DNA of 64,000 nucleotides from Xylographa opegraphella (Eukaryota): NCBI GenBank assembly GCA_022813865.1, contig JALDZX010000018.1:62001-126000 (forward strand), read 5' to 3'. This document shows, one piece after another, positions 1 to 11,308 of this stretch; positions within the stretch are counted from its first letter, which is position 1, and every line of letters starts with the position of its first letter. A program made the translations under genes and the position numbers. The notes under the pieces were generated by a model, which saw only the letters and a program-made list of their open reading frames with translations, searched no databases and had not been told where the DNA came from.

Positions 1-818
1 CACACTCTCAGACCTATCAAGAGCAAAATCAAAGGTCATCGCATCAGTCCTCGGAAGTAGCCAAAACACAAAGCAGTGTGGTTATCAAGGTAGGAATGGT
101 TGGAGACGCACAAATTGGAAAGACCAGTCTGATGGTCAAATACGTCGAGGGCAGCTGGGATGAGGACTACATACAGACATTAGGTTGGAACTCATTGATT
201 CTTAAGCTTGATTCACCGTTGCTGATACATCCAACAGGTGTGAATTTCATGGAGAAAACAATTTCAATACGCAACACGGAAATCACATTTTCGATATGGG
301 ATCTCGGAGGGCAGCGGGAGTTTGTGAATATGCTTCCGCTTGTATGCAACGATGCAGTTGCCATACTCTTCATGTTCGACCTCACAAGGAAGAGCACGCT
401 CAACTCGATCAAGGAATGGTACAGGCAGGGACGGGGCTTCAACAAGACCGCCATCCCATTCCTTGTCGGCACCAAGTATGATCACTTTGTCAATTTCCCG
501 AGGGAAGATCAGGAGGAGATATCTAACCAGGTACTTGAACTTTCCAACTTGCGAACTTATAGCTGATGCTTTCCAGGCACGGCGCTTTGCTAAAGCCATG
601 CGAGCAAGTCTGATCTTCAGTAGCACGAGTCATAGCATAAACGTGCAAAAGGTACGCGGCGGAAGAAGCCTTCTTCCCTCTCCCTTCCCAGTACCCCTAT
701 TGACCTCCCCATCCAGATCTTCAAGATCGTTCTCTCGAAAGCATTCGACCTCAAATGCACCATCCCGGAGATCGAAAACATCGGCGAGCCGCTCCTGATC
801 TACCAGTCTGTCGCTTAG
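1..818 (+). CDS. SPG1: Septation/mitotic-exit small GTPase Spg1/Tem1; 5' end lies outside the window; introns 184-237, 531-576, 652-716
   Basis: Motifs GDAQIGKTS (G1), DYIQTLG|VNF, WDLGGQ (G3), GTKYD (G4) and C-terminal IFKIVLSKAFDLKCTIPEIENIGEPLLIY. Three GT-AG introns restore the frame; TAG at 816-818. Confidence 0.93.
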
Positions 819-1887
819 CATCTCCCGTCCCTTCCCTCACGACCTCAACCGGCCGATCACGAAAGCACGACTCGGTTTGACCGGCAAAGCCCCGACGCTT
901 CGCCCTCGGAGTTCCATCTCGAACATTTCACTTTTTGCATTTCAGCACGGAGCTGGAGGGGATTCAAATGGCATTGGGCTACTGCGTGGCACGGCGGGCG
1001 CTTGGACCGCAAGGAAGCAATCTGTTGCTTTAGTCTCTCGGAATCTGTACGCTAAGGTAGAATAGCCAACTGATGTTCGCTGTACCACCGTTGTATTTTT
1101 GTGTCAAAAGCATTCGCCTCGTGTGATCCATACCGTGGCGTCAGCGCTCCACAGTCCGTCGGTGAGTGCCCACATCCCGCAACGTGTAGAGCGCACGAGT
1201 CACTGCCCTGTCTGACATGGAACTATAACATCGGATATCCAAACCGGTACCCGTCTCTGCCATCGACCGCGAGCAGTGTCCGTCTGATACTATCAGACTG
1301 TTCCCGACGCTCGACTATATTTCCCCAGAGCACAGGTAGTGCCGTCGTTGCTCATGGGACCGTAATGTATCAGGAGCGCGGAGGGGAGATGACCGAGGTC
1401 TACCTTGCTTGTTGTCGGGACGGATGTGGGACATGCAAGATAGGATGGGGAAACCTGGTACGGGGCAGCCACCGGATCAGAAGCCAGTGCTTCGCAGTAT
1501 ATGTTGGAACGTGTGGACGGTGTCCGGGATGGATGTAGTTTAAGACACGTATATGTGTGAAGGCCGTGCAAAGCTTCGAAAGCATGCCGGTCAGCTCCCC
1601 TCCGCGGTTCGTTATGAAGAGACAAAAGATCCATCAATAGGGAGATCGGCCTTCCGCTGCAGGCGTTGGCGTCGCTGGGATCAGCTCGATGTCCCTATAC
1701 CCAAAACAGTCTTTGCTGAGGAGAAGTCTTCCGCGATTTGGACTGTCGAGGGTCCGGATAGCACACAACCGATCCCAGCTATCGAGCTCGCACCTGCCGC
1801 GCGAAGTCGAGGGGCCGAAGAATCCAAGCTCTCGCGGTGGGTTGGCCTGCGGTTCAAGTTCGATGCGGTGTGCCTACGTGATGTTTG

Positions 1888-2646
1888 TCAGTCGCACTCT
1901 GTGACTGAGAGCGTGGCACCCCGGGAACGATGGATGGGACCTACCCCTGCGTTGCGAGCTTCCTTGAAACCAGCCACTGTAATGGTGACCTCCCTCTGGG
2001 GTACGGAAACGTGGTTCTGGTCCTTCTCGGACCGCATGAACATCATCGAGAGTGCTGGCCGATGGAACTGGAATCGTTGCAGATAGTTTGCAAGCAGGGC
2101 GACATCCAGGCTTGGTTGCTTGAGATGTTGTTCCAACGAATCTGAGAGAGGCGCATCTGCATTAGGATGATGTGACAGAGTTATCCTTTTCAGATTGGAC
2201 AACTCGGTCACATAATCAAAAGCGTGCTTATCCGCCACTTCGATCCTTGCAAGCCAGACTTCCAAAGTGTCAAGCACGAGATTCAGGTCCCTCAGGTGAC
2301 TCGCATTCGATGGGCCAATCTTGGCGAGGAAAGGCTTGAGCAGGCGGATATTGATTCGCACAGTATTTTCCGAGTAGAAGACGAGGCTTGCTTACTTGCC
2401 GATAGTCTTGGAGACTCGAAGCAAAGCCACATGCAATACCGGGCTTTTGTACTTGTAGACTTGGACTGGCGCTTGGTCCTCGCTACCGAGACCTGCACCA
2501 CTGTCGCCGGAAAGGCTTTCTTTCCTGGGCTCTACAACAGGAACCTGGAGCAAATACCGATATACGATCTCACGGATCTCACGGGGAAGCCGTTTGAAGG
2601 AAAGGGGCCGGGGCCCAACAAGGGGACCTGATTCATGTGTGTCCAT
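1888..2646 (-). pseudogene. Fungal hypothetical protein with an F-box-like N-terminal motif, interrupted by one in-frame TAA (2392-2394)
   Basis: ORFs 2392..2646 and 1888..2361 share one frame. Reading through gives SFKRLPREIREIVYRYLL...LLRVSKTIGK*ASLVFYSENTVRIN, where this motif type usually has E at the stop. The 3' end is uncertain. Confidence 0.6.
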
Positions 2647-4899
2647 GAGCGGCGAACCTTTCCCACTCTCGATAGCGTCCAGTGATCAAAGCCTTGTCGA
2701 GAAGAGCAGACGGCCAGGCAGCCTACAACTGAGATCAGGTACTCCGAGCCTAATAGCGAGCTAACCCTGGTGTGATCTGCAGAATGCTGAGGCCCTACGG
2801 TGCGTTCGATTGGACACTGAATAACGGTTGGGCGACTTGAACAGGAGAACAGGAGTTCCACACCGATGAACAACGCGAGCAAGGCAAAATGAGACGACCG
2901 TGGCCGTCAATGAGCACACGCGGGAAAGGAAAGTCAGGATTCTAGAGGAGAGGTGCAAGCAAACTGTAGAGAAATGGAAGGAATTTAAGCAGATCCGAAT
3001 TTGAGATTCCACTGCGTCTTTCGACGCTGGTGGAGACGGGTCAAATGAAAAGCGGCAATTTTTCACGATTTCAATCCCCACCATCATTCTCAGACGAGGA
3101 TGTCTCATTTCACTCAACGGGCAGACCGCTCCAACTATATTTCTATACTTTAGCCTGAATCATTTGAGACTATGGTTCTGCGAAGAATAACGAAGATTGG
3201 TGTCGAGTCGCCGATCCAGCGACGTTCCAGTTGGCAGGATTACAAAGCTACATCGTGTGACTGTCGTGCCTATGAAGAAGGGTCCTTCTGGATGACCAAA
3301 TTTCATATGACATGCAAAGGTTCAAAGGTATTTTCGACGATGACATTGGACAAAAAGAATCATCACCGGGTAGCCGAGCATACGGTAAACATTCTAGCAA
3401 TGATGAGACCGCCCGAGGTCTGTCTCGGTAGGAGATATAGAGTAGGCAATGCTCAGGGAAGGAACCAGTCGCTGTGCAGCTTTGCATCAGAGATTCATAT
3501 GACGAAAAGCTGACGGAGTCCTTGAGCTTATATGTTGGCTCTGAGCGACATGGCCAGTCAAACGTGCTGTGGCATTTGTCAAATTCTTCAGTGGTGGGCA
3601 TCTTCGTCGAGGTTTCTGAAGTAAGATCCAGAATCTCACCAACCGTAGCACCGGCTCTTAGCTCGCATCAGAAAAATGACGAGGGTTGTGATCATTGAAA
3701 ATGGCCAAAGTCCGGATGAAGCTGTCATCGTGCCCCATCTCACATGGAACAGAAAAACTCTATCAGGGGCACAAGTGACGAGCACACTTATATCACTCTC
3801 GTCAGATCTAAGACAGCGATATGGAGAGACGTAGAAGCGTAGAACGTAATGGGCAAAAACTTCCACCGGGACCCACAAATTGCATTTAACGGAGGGGACC
3901 TGACCGATTTATGTGCGGGAAACACAGTAGGCGAGGTCCTAGGGGCATCTTAGGGGCATCTTTCCCCGGATCTTGGCTGGGATGGGCGATGATGCAAGGA
4001 CAGGGAGGGATGCGCACATGGGCAGGAAGCGGGCGGATGCCCGAGGCTTGAGGGGTGCAGGAAGGAGGCTCGACGTGCGATGTGAGTGAGGGTGGCAGTG
4101 TGCAACGACCGTGATGCTTACTTAAGGTATTTAAATATAAAATATTCAAGTGGCCTGTTCAGACTTCAAGCCTCAGCTCAGCTGATGCTCAGCTGGCGCA
4201 CGCAAAGCCTTTGTCTGTTGTACCTCCGTATTATTCGCTGCAAATGGACACAGCACGTGGACTGCCCCGCGCTCGAATCCGGCCACTCTCACCTCTCGGC
4301 TCTCAGCTCTCACCTCTCACCTCCCCCGCCAATTCCGCAACTCCCAGCTGTTCCTCGAGAGGACAAGGCGGAAAATCTAGATGACGAGCTAGTCACAGGC
4401 AAAGGCCAGATGCAGTCTGTGTAGCACTTGGAGCCCTCAGGCACGCTTAGGCAAGTGTTTGGTAATAGAAACATGGGGTATGGAAGGTAGAACGGCTCTC
4501 GGATGCACCACATCCAGCCCTTGCTCCCTTTCCAAGCACCTTAAGCGACAGCGGAGAGGCTCCCGCCGCTCGCACCTGACTCACAGCTTGTCGCTGATTG
4601 GCCACGACCCCGGTCCGAGAGAGTTTTGCAGGGCGCATCAAAGCGGTGTCGTGAACGGGCTATTACCCAACACTCCAACCTGACATTCACGCTGCTGGCT
4701 GATGAGAGAGAAAAACTTCTTCCTCGGAACGTTGGATGTTTATATGAACCATGCAGGCACCCACACCTTCCAAACTGCAGATTCCTTCATCGAAACAACA
4801 ACGGGTGCATACCTAGGTAGAACGTCATCGGCTGCAAGGTTCACCAACGTCAGGCCCTAGCTTCGTTAGTCGATAAGCCAAAGTCAATCACACCCAGAA

Positions 4900-6204
4900 A
4901 TGCCACCTTACAACCAAAGCTTCACTTTCTCGCGGCCCCAACCGTCGCAGAGGACGTCGTCGACCGAGAAGACACCACAAGCCCACCCCTTTGCTCGTCC
5001 AGAGCACAAGATCATGGATTTCTTCCTGCACAAGGAAGGCAAGGAGAAGCGCAGGAGCGTGAGCGGGAGTCCGAAGCTGGGTCCGGCCAAGCCCGCCAAG
5101 CTGGAGATTGGCATCGAGTCGCCTCCGCTGGTCATGTACGGCTCCGTCGCCAATTCCACCGGTGCTCTTCTCTCCGGTCAGCTCATTCTCTCCGTCACGG
5201 ACGAGCTGGTGAAACTGCAGCATTTCGAGATGCAGCTGCTCGCCAAAGCCACCACGAAGAAGCCGGTCTCGAAAGACTGTCCCGATTGCCGAACCCAGAC
5301 CACCGAACTCTTTCGATGGAAATTCCTTTCCGAACCAGCCCGATTCCCCAAAGGCAGTCACTCCTTCCCCTTCTCCTACCTGCTACCCGGAAAACTCCCC
5401 GCCACGACGAACAGCACCCTCGGCGCCATCGAGTATATTCTCGCTGCGAAAGCCATCACCCCTCTTCAGGACACCATGCTGGTGGAGTCCCCCCTCAAAG
5501 TGTACCGCGCCCTTGTCCCGGGAAACGACCGGACATCGCTGAGAATATTCCCACCCACCAACCTGGCGGCCACCGTCATTCTGCCGTCCGTGATACATCC
5601 GATCGGCGACTTCAACGTCCAAATGCGGCTATCGGGCTGCTGCGAGACCGAGGGCATCACCCAGCGGCGGTGGCGGATCCGAAAAATGAATTCGCGCATC
5701 GAAGAGCACACGAAGATGATCTCGCCACCGTGCCCCAAGCACGTGCACAAGGTGGGTGGCGAGGGCAAGGGCATCCTCTCCAACGACGTGCGGGCCCTGG
5801 GCGTCCAGGATTTCAAGGACGGCTGGAAGTCCGACTTCGACACGGCCGGCGGCCTCATCGAGATGGAGTTCCCCCTGTCCATCAAGCCGATCGCCAGTCC
5901 CATCTGCGACGTCGACGCCCCGAACGGGCTCGAGATCACGCACAAGCTCATCCTCGAGCTCATCGTCGCCGAGGAGATCGTCTCACTGAAGAACACCAAG
6001 CTCGTCACGCCGACGGGGACGGCGCGCGTGCTGCGCATGCAGTTCGTCCTCGTCCTCACCGAGAGGAGTGGGCTCGGCATCAGCTGGGACGAGGAGCAGC
6101 CTCCGATGTACGACGATGTCCCGGCCAGCCCGCCCAGCTACGCGAAGATGGTCGACTACGAGGGGGAGCCGCTCCCTGACGATGAACTGGCGCGCTTGAC
6201 GTGA
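4900..6204 (+). CDS. LDB19: Arrestin-related ubiquitin-ligase adaptor, Ldb19/Art1 family; intronless
   Basis: IESPPLVMYG...GALLSGQL, CPDC, HSFPFSYLLPG.LPATT, SLRIFPPTNL, RVLRMQF...TERSGLGISWDEEQPPMY..VPASPPSY (PY motifs). Strong GC3 codon bias. Confidence 0.9.
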   Translation: MPPYNQSFTFSRPQPSQRTSSTEKTPQAHPFARPEHKIMDFFLHKEGKEKRRSVSGSPKLGPAKPAKLEIGIESPPLVMYGSVANSTGALLSGQLILSVTDELVKLQHFEMQLLAKATTKKPVSKDCPDCRTQTTELFRWKFLSEPARFPKGSHSFPFSYLLPGKLPATTNSTLGAIEYILAAKAITPLQDTMLVESPLKVYRALVPGNDRTSLRIFPPTNLAATVILPSVIHPIGDFNVQMRLSGCCETEGITQRRWRIRKMNSRIEEHTKMISPPCPKHVHKVGGEGKGILSNDVRALGVQDFKDGWKSDFDTAGGLIEMEFPLSIKPIASPICDVDAPNGLEITHKLILELIVAEEIVSLKNTKLVTPTGTARVLRMQFVLVLTERSGLGISWDEEQPPMYDDVPASPPSYAKMVDYEGEPLPDDELARLT

Positions 6205-6266
6205 TGGCCTTTTGCTTTGGTGCTCCGATGCTCGGCTCAAGCGCGGTGTTTGGTGTTTGCTATTTG

Positions 6267-6346
6267 TTCTTTGCTCGGTGGAGGTGTGCTCCGTGGTGAT
6301 TGATTATTCTTTGCTGGGGTGGAGGTGTGCTCCGCGGTGATCGATA
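6267..6346. repeat. Imperfect tandem duplication of about 40 bp just downstream of LDB19
   Basis: ttctttgctcggtggaggtgtgctccgtggtgattgatta is followed by ttctttgctggggtggaggtgtgctccgcggtgatcgata. Confidence 0.85.
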
Positions 6347-6855
6347 GGGCGCCACGATGCCGAGCGACTTTCTACGACTGTGCATGTACGGAGCTGGGTC
6401 CGTGGGGACGCAACCTCGATAGTGCTGCTGAGCGGTGGGCATGTTTGTGTTACCGACTCAACATGGCCTGATTGGCTGCACAGGCTTGCACGCCGGCTCT
6501 GGCCTCGTTGCCGACGGGGCATGTTTTTTTTTTTTTTTTGCTGCTTTCTGTATATAGCTGGACCCTACCAAATCATCATCCGCTCTCCACTGTCTACTTC
6601 GTGAACCGTAGCACGATGTCGTATCTGGACGACTGTGTATCCCCCTCGTTCAGCGTGCTCAACCTCGTTTCTGGAAACGCCCGCGCTCAGCGCGCGCTGT
6701 CCTCGTGTTCTTCACTTTCCACCGTCCTCGGATTACCCTCCTCCACCCATCTCGTATCTTTCACCTCTCCAATTCCATCCCTCCGTGCCTCCGAACCCCG
6801 ACCGCTCCGCTCTTCCAGCACTGGGATGTTGTCCTCCGCTCTGGCCAGGGTAAGC

Positions 6856-6925
6856 TCAGTTCGGTTCAGTTCAGTTCAGCTCAGTGCAGTGCAGTCCAGC
6901 TCGGCTCGGCTAGGTAATAGCAAAG

Positions 6926-6958
<33 letters not shown>
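6856..6958. repeat. Degenerate (TCAGT/TCGGC)n pentamer run followed by an (AG)n microsatellite
   Basis: tcagt tcggt tcagt tcagt tcagc tcagt gcagt gcagt ccagc tcggc tcggc; then about 15 AG units at 6928-6958. A T16 run is at 6524-6539. Confidence 0.9.
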
Positions 6959-6961
<3 letters not shown>

Positions 6962-7303
6962 TACGATTCTACGACACGTGCGTGCCCCCGGTCTGGTTTA
7001 TACAGGAATGCGTATCAAGCGCGGAGGTCCCCCCCCGGCTACAGCTATGAGGATACGTGCAAGTTACCATGGTCCGCGGAATAATTCGGACCATATCCCG
7101 CGCGAATTCCCTCCCGTGCGGTCTCAGGACACGCGTGACATCGAGTGCGTGCAGCTGGATGGGGTTTGATATGCGCCAACGATAATGGGGAGGCTTTGAT
7201 TTGAAACACGAGTAAGCCAGGGCCAGCGCTCACCGCCGACATATCCTATCCATCGAAGAGGGGTCTCAAGAATGAAACACCACACTCGCCTTGCCATGAC
7301 CCA

Positions 7304-8284
7304 CTACACCAACCTCTCCCGCTTCAGATCATTAACAACCATATACCGCCCCACGACAATCCAGCCCCAGCGAAACCAGCGCATCTGACTCGCATGCGCG
7401 TGCGTCATGGCCTTCTGCGCCGTGCGGTAGGCGCCCACGTCGCTGAGATACAGCAGCCGCGCGGGCATGGCCCCCTTCTCCGTGGCGCCCACGGCCGCCA
7501 TGCTGTGCAGCACGCACCGCAGCAGCGTGAAGGGCGCGTCGAGCACGGACGCGTATTTCCTGAGTAGGTTCGTCGTCGTGAGCGTGTATAGCGCTACGGG
7601 GCAGTCCCAGCCTGCTTTGCCTTTCATCAGGCCGCGCAGCCAGGCGACGGCGCCGTGGTGCAGGGAGGTGTGGTTCGGGTGGCGGGAGATGCCGTGGCGG
7701 TCGAAGGTGAGGAGGACGTCGATCGTGGCGGTGGGCGGGGAGCCGGCGGCGTCGCGGTTGTCGTCGCTGGCGTGCTTCCGCGCGGGCGGCTTGGGCGCGC
7801 GCGCCTGGAAGGTTCGCGCCAGCAGGGCGGCGAGCTGCGCGGCGTCCCAGGTGGCGCTCATGCTGTCGGGGAAGGCGGCGTCGTCGATGATGAGCACGTC
7901 GCTGGCGCTGCGGAGGCCGAGCAGCGCGGCGGAGCGGGCGAGCTCGGTTTTGCGCACGGGGCCGAGGCCGTCAGCGTTTCCTGCTCCCAGGAACAAATTT
8001 TAATCAGCGCCCCTCCCCCCCCCCTCGCGGATTGCTAGCTCGGGGGATGGGGATTTCCACTCACCGCTGCTCAGGCACAGGATCTTCACGTGGTTGCCCA
8101 GCTGCGGCTCCGTCAGCGCGAGCACCGTCGGCGCGAAGAACATGGCTTCGTCGTCCGGGTGGGCGATCAATAGGCAGATGCGCTTGTTGCGTAGTCGCGG
8201 GAAGGAGGAACGCGCGATGTGTGCGGTGTAGAGCCAGCCAGTGAGGAGGAGGACGGGCACGGCGAGGGCGAGGGGGAGGTGCAT
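7304..8284 (-). CDS. GPI12: N-acetylglucosaminyl-phosphatidylinositol de-N-acetylase (PIG-L family); intron 7981-8064
   Basis: N-terminal TM segment, LLIAHPDDEAMFFAP, CLSSG|NADGLG, TFDRHGISRHPNH, AMTHAHASQMRWFRW...RYMVVNDL. Confidence 0.95.
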
Positions 8285-8653
8285 TGTTGGGTGGGCGGGC
8301 TGGCTGACCGGCTAGTTTTGCTTGTGGGGCGGGATGGATACCCTCTGGGGTGGATGAAAGGCACGTCTATGCTAGTAAAATAGCAACTGGAAATCCTCTC
8401 CGGGCTCGCACTTTTATAACAACAAAAGTAGAAACCGGCCCATCAACCAAAATTTTTTTTTTTTGGTTGTGCATTTCTTAGTGGTTCAGCTGTTCGAGAA
8501 TCCGGGGAAATACCTCGCTTAGAACCAGTGTGCAGGGGTGCTCGAAGGTCAGGGGTACGATACGTACGGATGACTTCACGCTTAGTCTGGACATCACTAT
8601 TCTGTATAATTCGTGTGAATGATTCCGAGGAAATCGTATTGTTGTGAGGAAAA

Positions 8654-9346
8654 ATGACAGATCTTCGTCAACTACGCAAACGCAAAGATGGAGGTCCTAC
8701 AGTCAAGCCAGCGTCGCAGCTGTCCAACGCCGCTGATATCCCGCTCTCAATCCCTACTCGTGAGCCTGGAAAGCACAAGACTCTCTTCGACATCGCTGCG
8801 GAGCGTCAAGCCGAGCTTCAAGGAGGTCAGCCATTCATCTCGCCCTCAAACACAGATGCGAAGCCGGCAATTGTGACTACTACGATCAATCGTGATGGTA
8901 CTCTGTCTGTGCCCGAGGACACTCTGCCAGAGGGTAATCTCATCGGCCCTTTCGGCGAGGCACTCTTCTACGCCTCCACTCTCACCATGCTTCATTTCAC
9001 GCTTGACGTGCTGATCCATCAACAGTACCGTCAAGAAATAGGTTGGAGCATGATTGCTCAGCGGACAGCCATTACATTCCCCATCTTGGCGGTACTGGTC
9101 TACCTCTTTCACTCCCGTGCTTCGAGTATCTGGGCACAAGTGATGTTCCTTGGGCTCAGTGTCGCTGCCGGCTGCTACATCATCTATTCGAGCAACGTGG
9201 AGTCATATTTTGCTGTCATGAAGAGAGCTCCACCGTTGGGGACGCTGTGGGTCTATAGTGTGATCGAGATGCGATTGGAGGTGGCCTTGCTGAGTCTGGT
9301 AGCTGTTGCAGGCTACTTCAGGTGGGGTGGATACTCAATCTTCTGA
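8654..9346 (+). CDS. Conserved-looking fungal multi-pass membrane protein of unknown function, divergent from GPI12
   Basis: 230-aa ORF with about 4-5 hydrophobic segments and motifs TLFDIAAER, TLTMLHFTLDVLIHQQY, MKRAPPLGTLWVYSVIEM. I recognise these from a fungal DUF-type family but did not verify it. Confidence 0.75.
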   Translation: MTDLRQLRKRKDGGPTVKPASQLSNAADIPLSIPTREPGKHKTLFDIAAERQAELQGGQPFISPSNTDAKPAIVTTTINRDGTLSVPEDTLPEGNLIGPFGEALFYASTLTMLHFTLDVLIHQQYRQEIGWSMIAQRTAITFPILAVLVYLFHSRASSIWAQVMFLGLSVAAGCYIIYSSNVESYFAVMKRAPPLGTLWVYSVIEMRLEVALLSLVAVAGYFRWGGYSIF

Positions 9347-9522
9347 GGTGGTGACCATGAAAATACAAAGTACTATTACCTGTTACCACAATCGTATCTC
9401 TGTTCGTCAAGACAGAGGCTGGATGTCCCACGAGTGTGGCGGTTAGGGCTAAGGTATGGCATCAAGCGAAGGAGTAAAATTCGTCATCCACCACTATAAC
9501 CGGCCTTCCACCTACACTAAGT

Positions 9523-11179
9523 ATGCCTGAGCAGCCTGGACTCGGATCATTCTCTCCTGCGCAACACACTCACCAGCTAGCTCTTGCTGTAAACCTGGTG
9601 AAAACCAAGCCTTCAAGCTCGTCAGTCAAAGGTTGGTCCGGTGGTGAAAAATTTCCCGTCCTTGCACTTCTGATGTCCATTCAGACTACATTCAGAACCT
9701 GCGGCAGTATTTGGTATCAGACTCAGTCATGACTGCGAGCTCTGAGCTGAAGGCCCTGCGCGATGAGGCTCGTCAGCTGCGAGAAGAGAACAAGAATCTT
9801 CGAGACGAGAACAAGGACTTCCGGGAAGAGAACAAGGACCTCCGGGAAGAAAACAAACGCTTACGCCAGCAATACCAGCCCATACCCGCACAAGGTGGCT
9901 CATCTAGGCCGAACACCAAAAGAAAGAGAAATGTGACTGATGTTCTCGCAACTTCAATCGAGCCAGGAGCGGCTTTCGTTCTGGAAGAACTGGAAATATA
10001 CCTTCCATCCGCCGAAGGCTAGTTTTTGGATGTTCTTGTACATTGTTTCGAGGCTGATATTGACGCTCAGTGGACCTTTACCTGCGAAATCTCAACGACC
10101 TACAGCAATGTCTAGCCAATCAAGATGGTAGTGTCGCCGACCTGGTTAGCGTCATGATTCGCCTACCATCAGACATTGTAACTATAGTCGGTCAGATGAG
10201 GTCTCCGGCTGAACAGCTTCCTGCCGGTCTCATTGGCAATGGCTCAACAAGGAATCGACAAAGACCTATGGAGCAGGGCCGCCAACTTTTGAAGGACAAC
10301 GCAAGCCGCATCCAGGTGATAGGTAGGACGTGGCCATTACTACTGAACGGCTTAAATCAACTCATAGGAAGACGTGTGAACAATGAAGCAATAGATCGAG
10401 TCATCGCTGCCATGATTGAGTGCTTTCCACCTATCATTGCTGCTATACTCGAACATACTGAGCTCTCTATCTACACTTCTCTTGACATAGAGCCTGACGA
10501 ATCACACGCTAGCAGCACTGGCGATACTTCGACATCAACTACTGCTACAGACGTAGCTACCAAGAGTACTCACTATCACCTCTGCCGTTTGTATCTCTTG
10601 ATGATAGCAACCCTTGATATCGAGGATGCTAAGCACAAAGTCATCATGGACAGCGCCATGTCCTTTTTGCTAAGGCTGGCGAGCGTAGTGCTTGAGGCTT
10701 TCGTTCTCGACATCGAGAACAATTTATTTTCACAACGACGAAAATTACGGTTAAGGGACAACCCGCAAAAAAAGCCAGGACCACTTGTCGTGAGCTTAGC
10801 CAGTATGGAGGCTATAGCACCGTACTTAGTCTGGCTACTGGAAAGAGTACTGGTTCTGTTTCGAAGACTGCGGAGAACGATGGCCGAGTTCGATACAGAT
10901 CCAATTGCAATCGATCGTCCACTTTCCGCGCCTCCCCGCAAGAGATATGCCTTATCTGATAGAGATAAAGCAAGACTTCAAAATACAATGCTGCACGTTG
11001 TGTTTCCCAATGACAACACAAGTTTAAAGGACCGGTTCCAAGAGCCTTCTGGCCTGGACAGTCAAGCCGACGTCCCCGTTCCGATTGTGGCCACTACCGA
11101 TGTGAGGAAGTGGTACAAGCGGGAAGTATGGAGAATCTTGGCATGGGACATTGTTGCTCAATCTACAGAACAAGGTTGA
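9523..11179 (+). CDS. Hypothetical protein with an N-terminal coiled-coil heptad repeat; inferred introns 9632-9684 and 10018-10070 (GC donor)
   Basis: Phase-compatible introns join three ORFs (KPSSSSVK|DYIQNLRQYL; PSAE|VDLYLRNL). The last exon is long and helical and ends WYKREVWRILAWD. Confidence 0.7.
9777..9860 (+). repeat. 4 x 21-bp coding tandem repeat (LREENKN/LRDENKD/FREENKD/LREENKR)
   Basis: ctgcgagaagagaacaagaat cttcgagacgagaacaaggac ttccgggaagagaacaaggac ctccgggaagaaaacaaacgc. Confidence 0.9.
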
Positions 11180-11308
11180 AGCGATTCGAGTCGAACACGT
11201 TATCTCCCTTGCATACACTTTCCCAGCTGGATTAAGACTGCGTTTTGTAAACTCGCTCATGTAAAACATATTGCTGTTGCTGAGATGTTTGCTGTCGTCG
11301 TGCCGCTC

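Noticed and set aside
2650..4890. Many short ORFs in the 2.2-kb spacer upstream of LDB19
   Set aside because: No codon bias, motifs or consistent splice structure; treated as intergenic or promoter DNA.
5286..6179. 297-aa alternate-frame ORF and antisense ORFs within LDB19
   Set aside because: Stop-codon scarcity from high GC3; no recognisable protein features.
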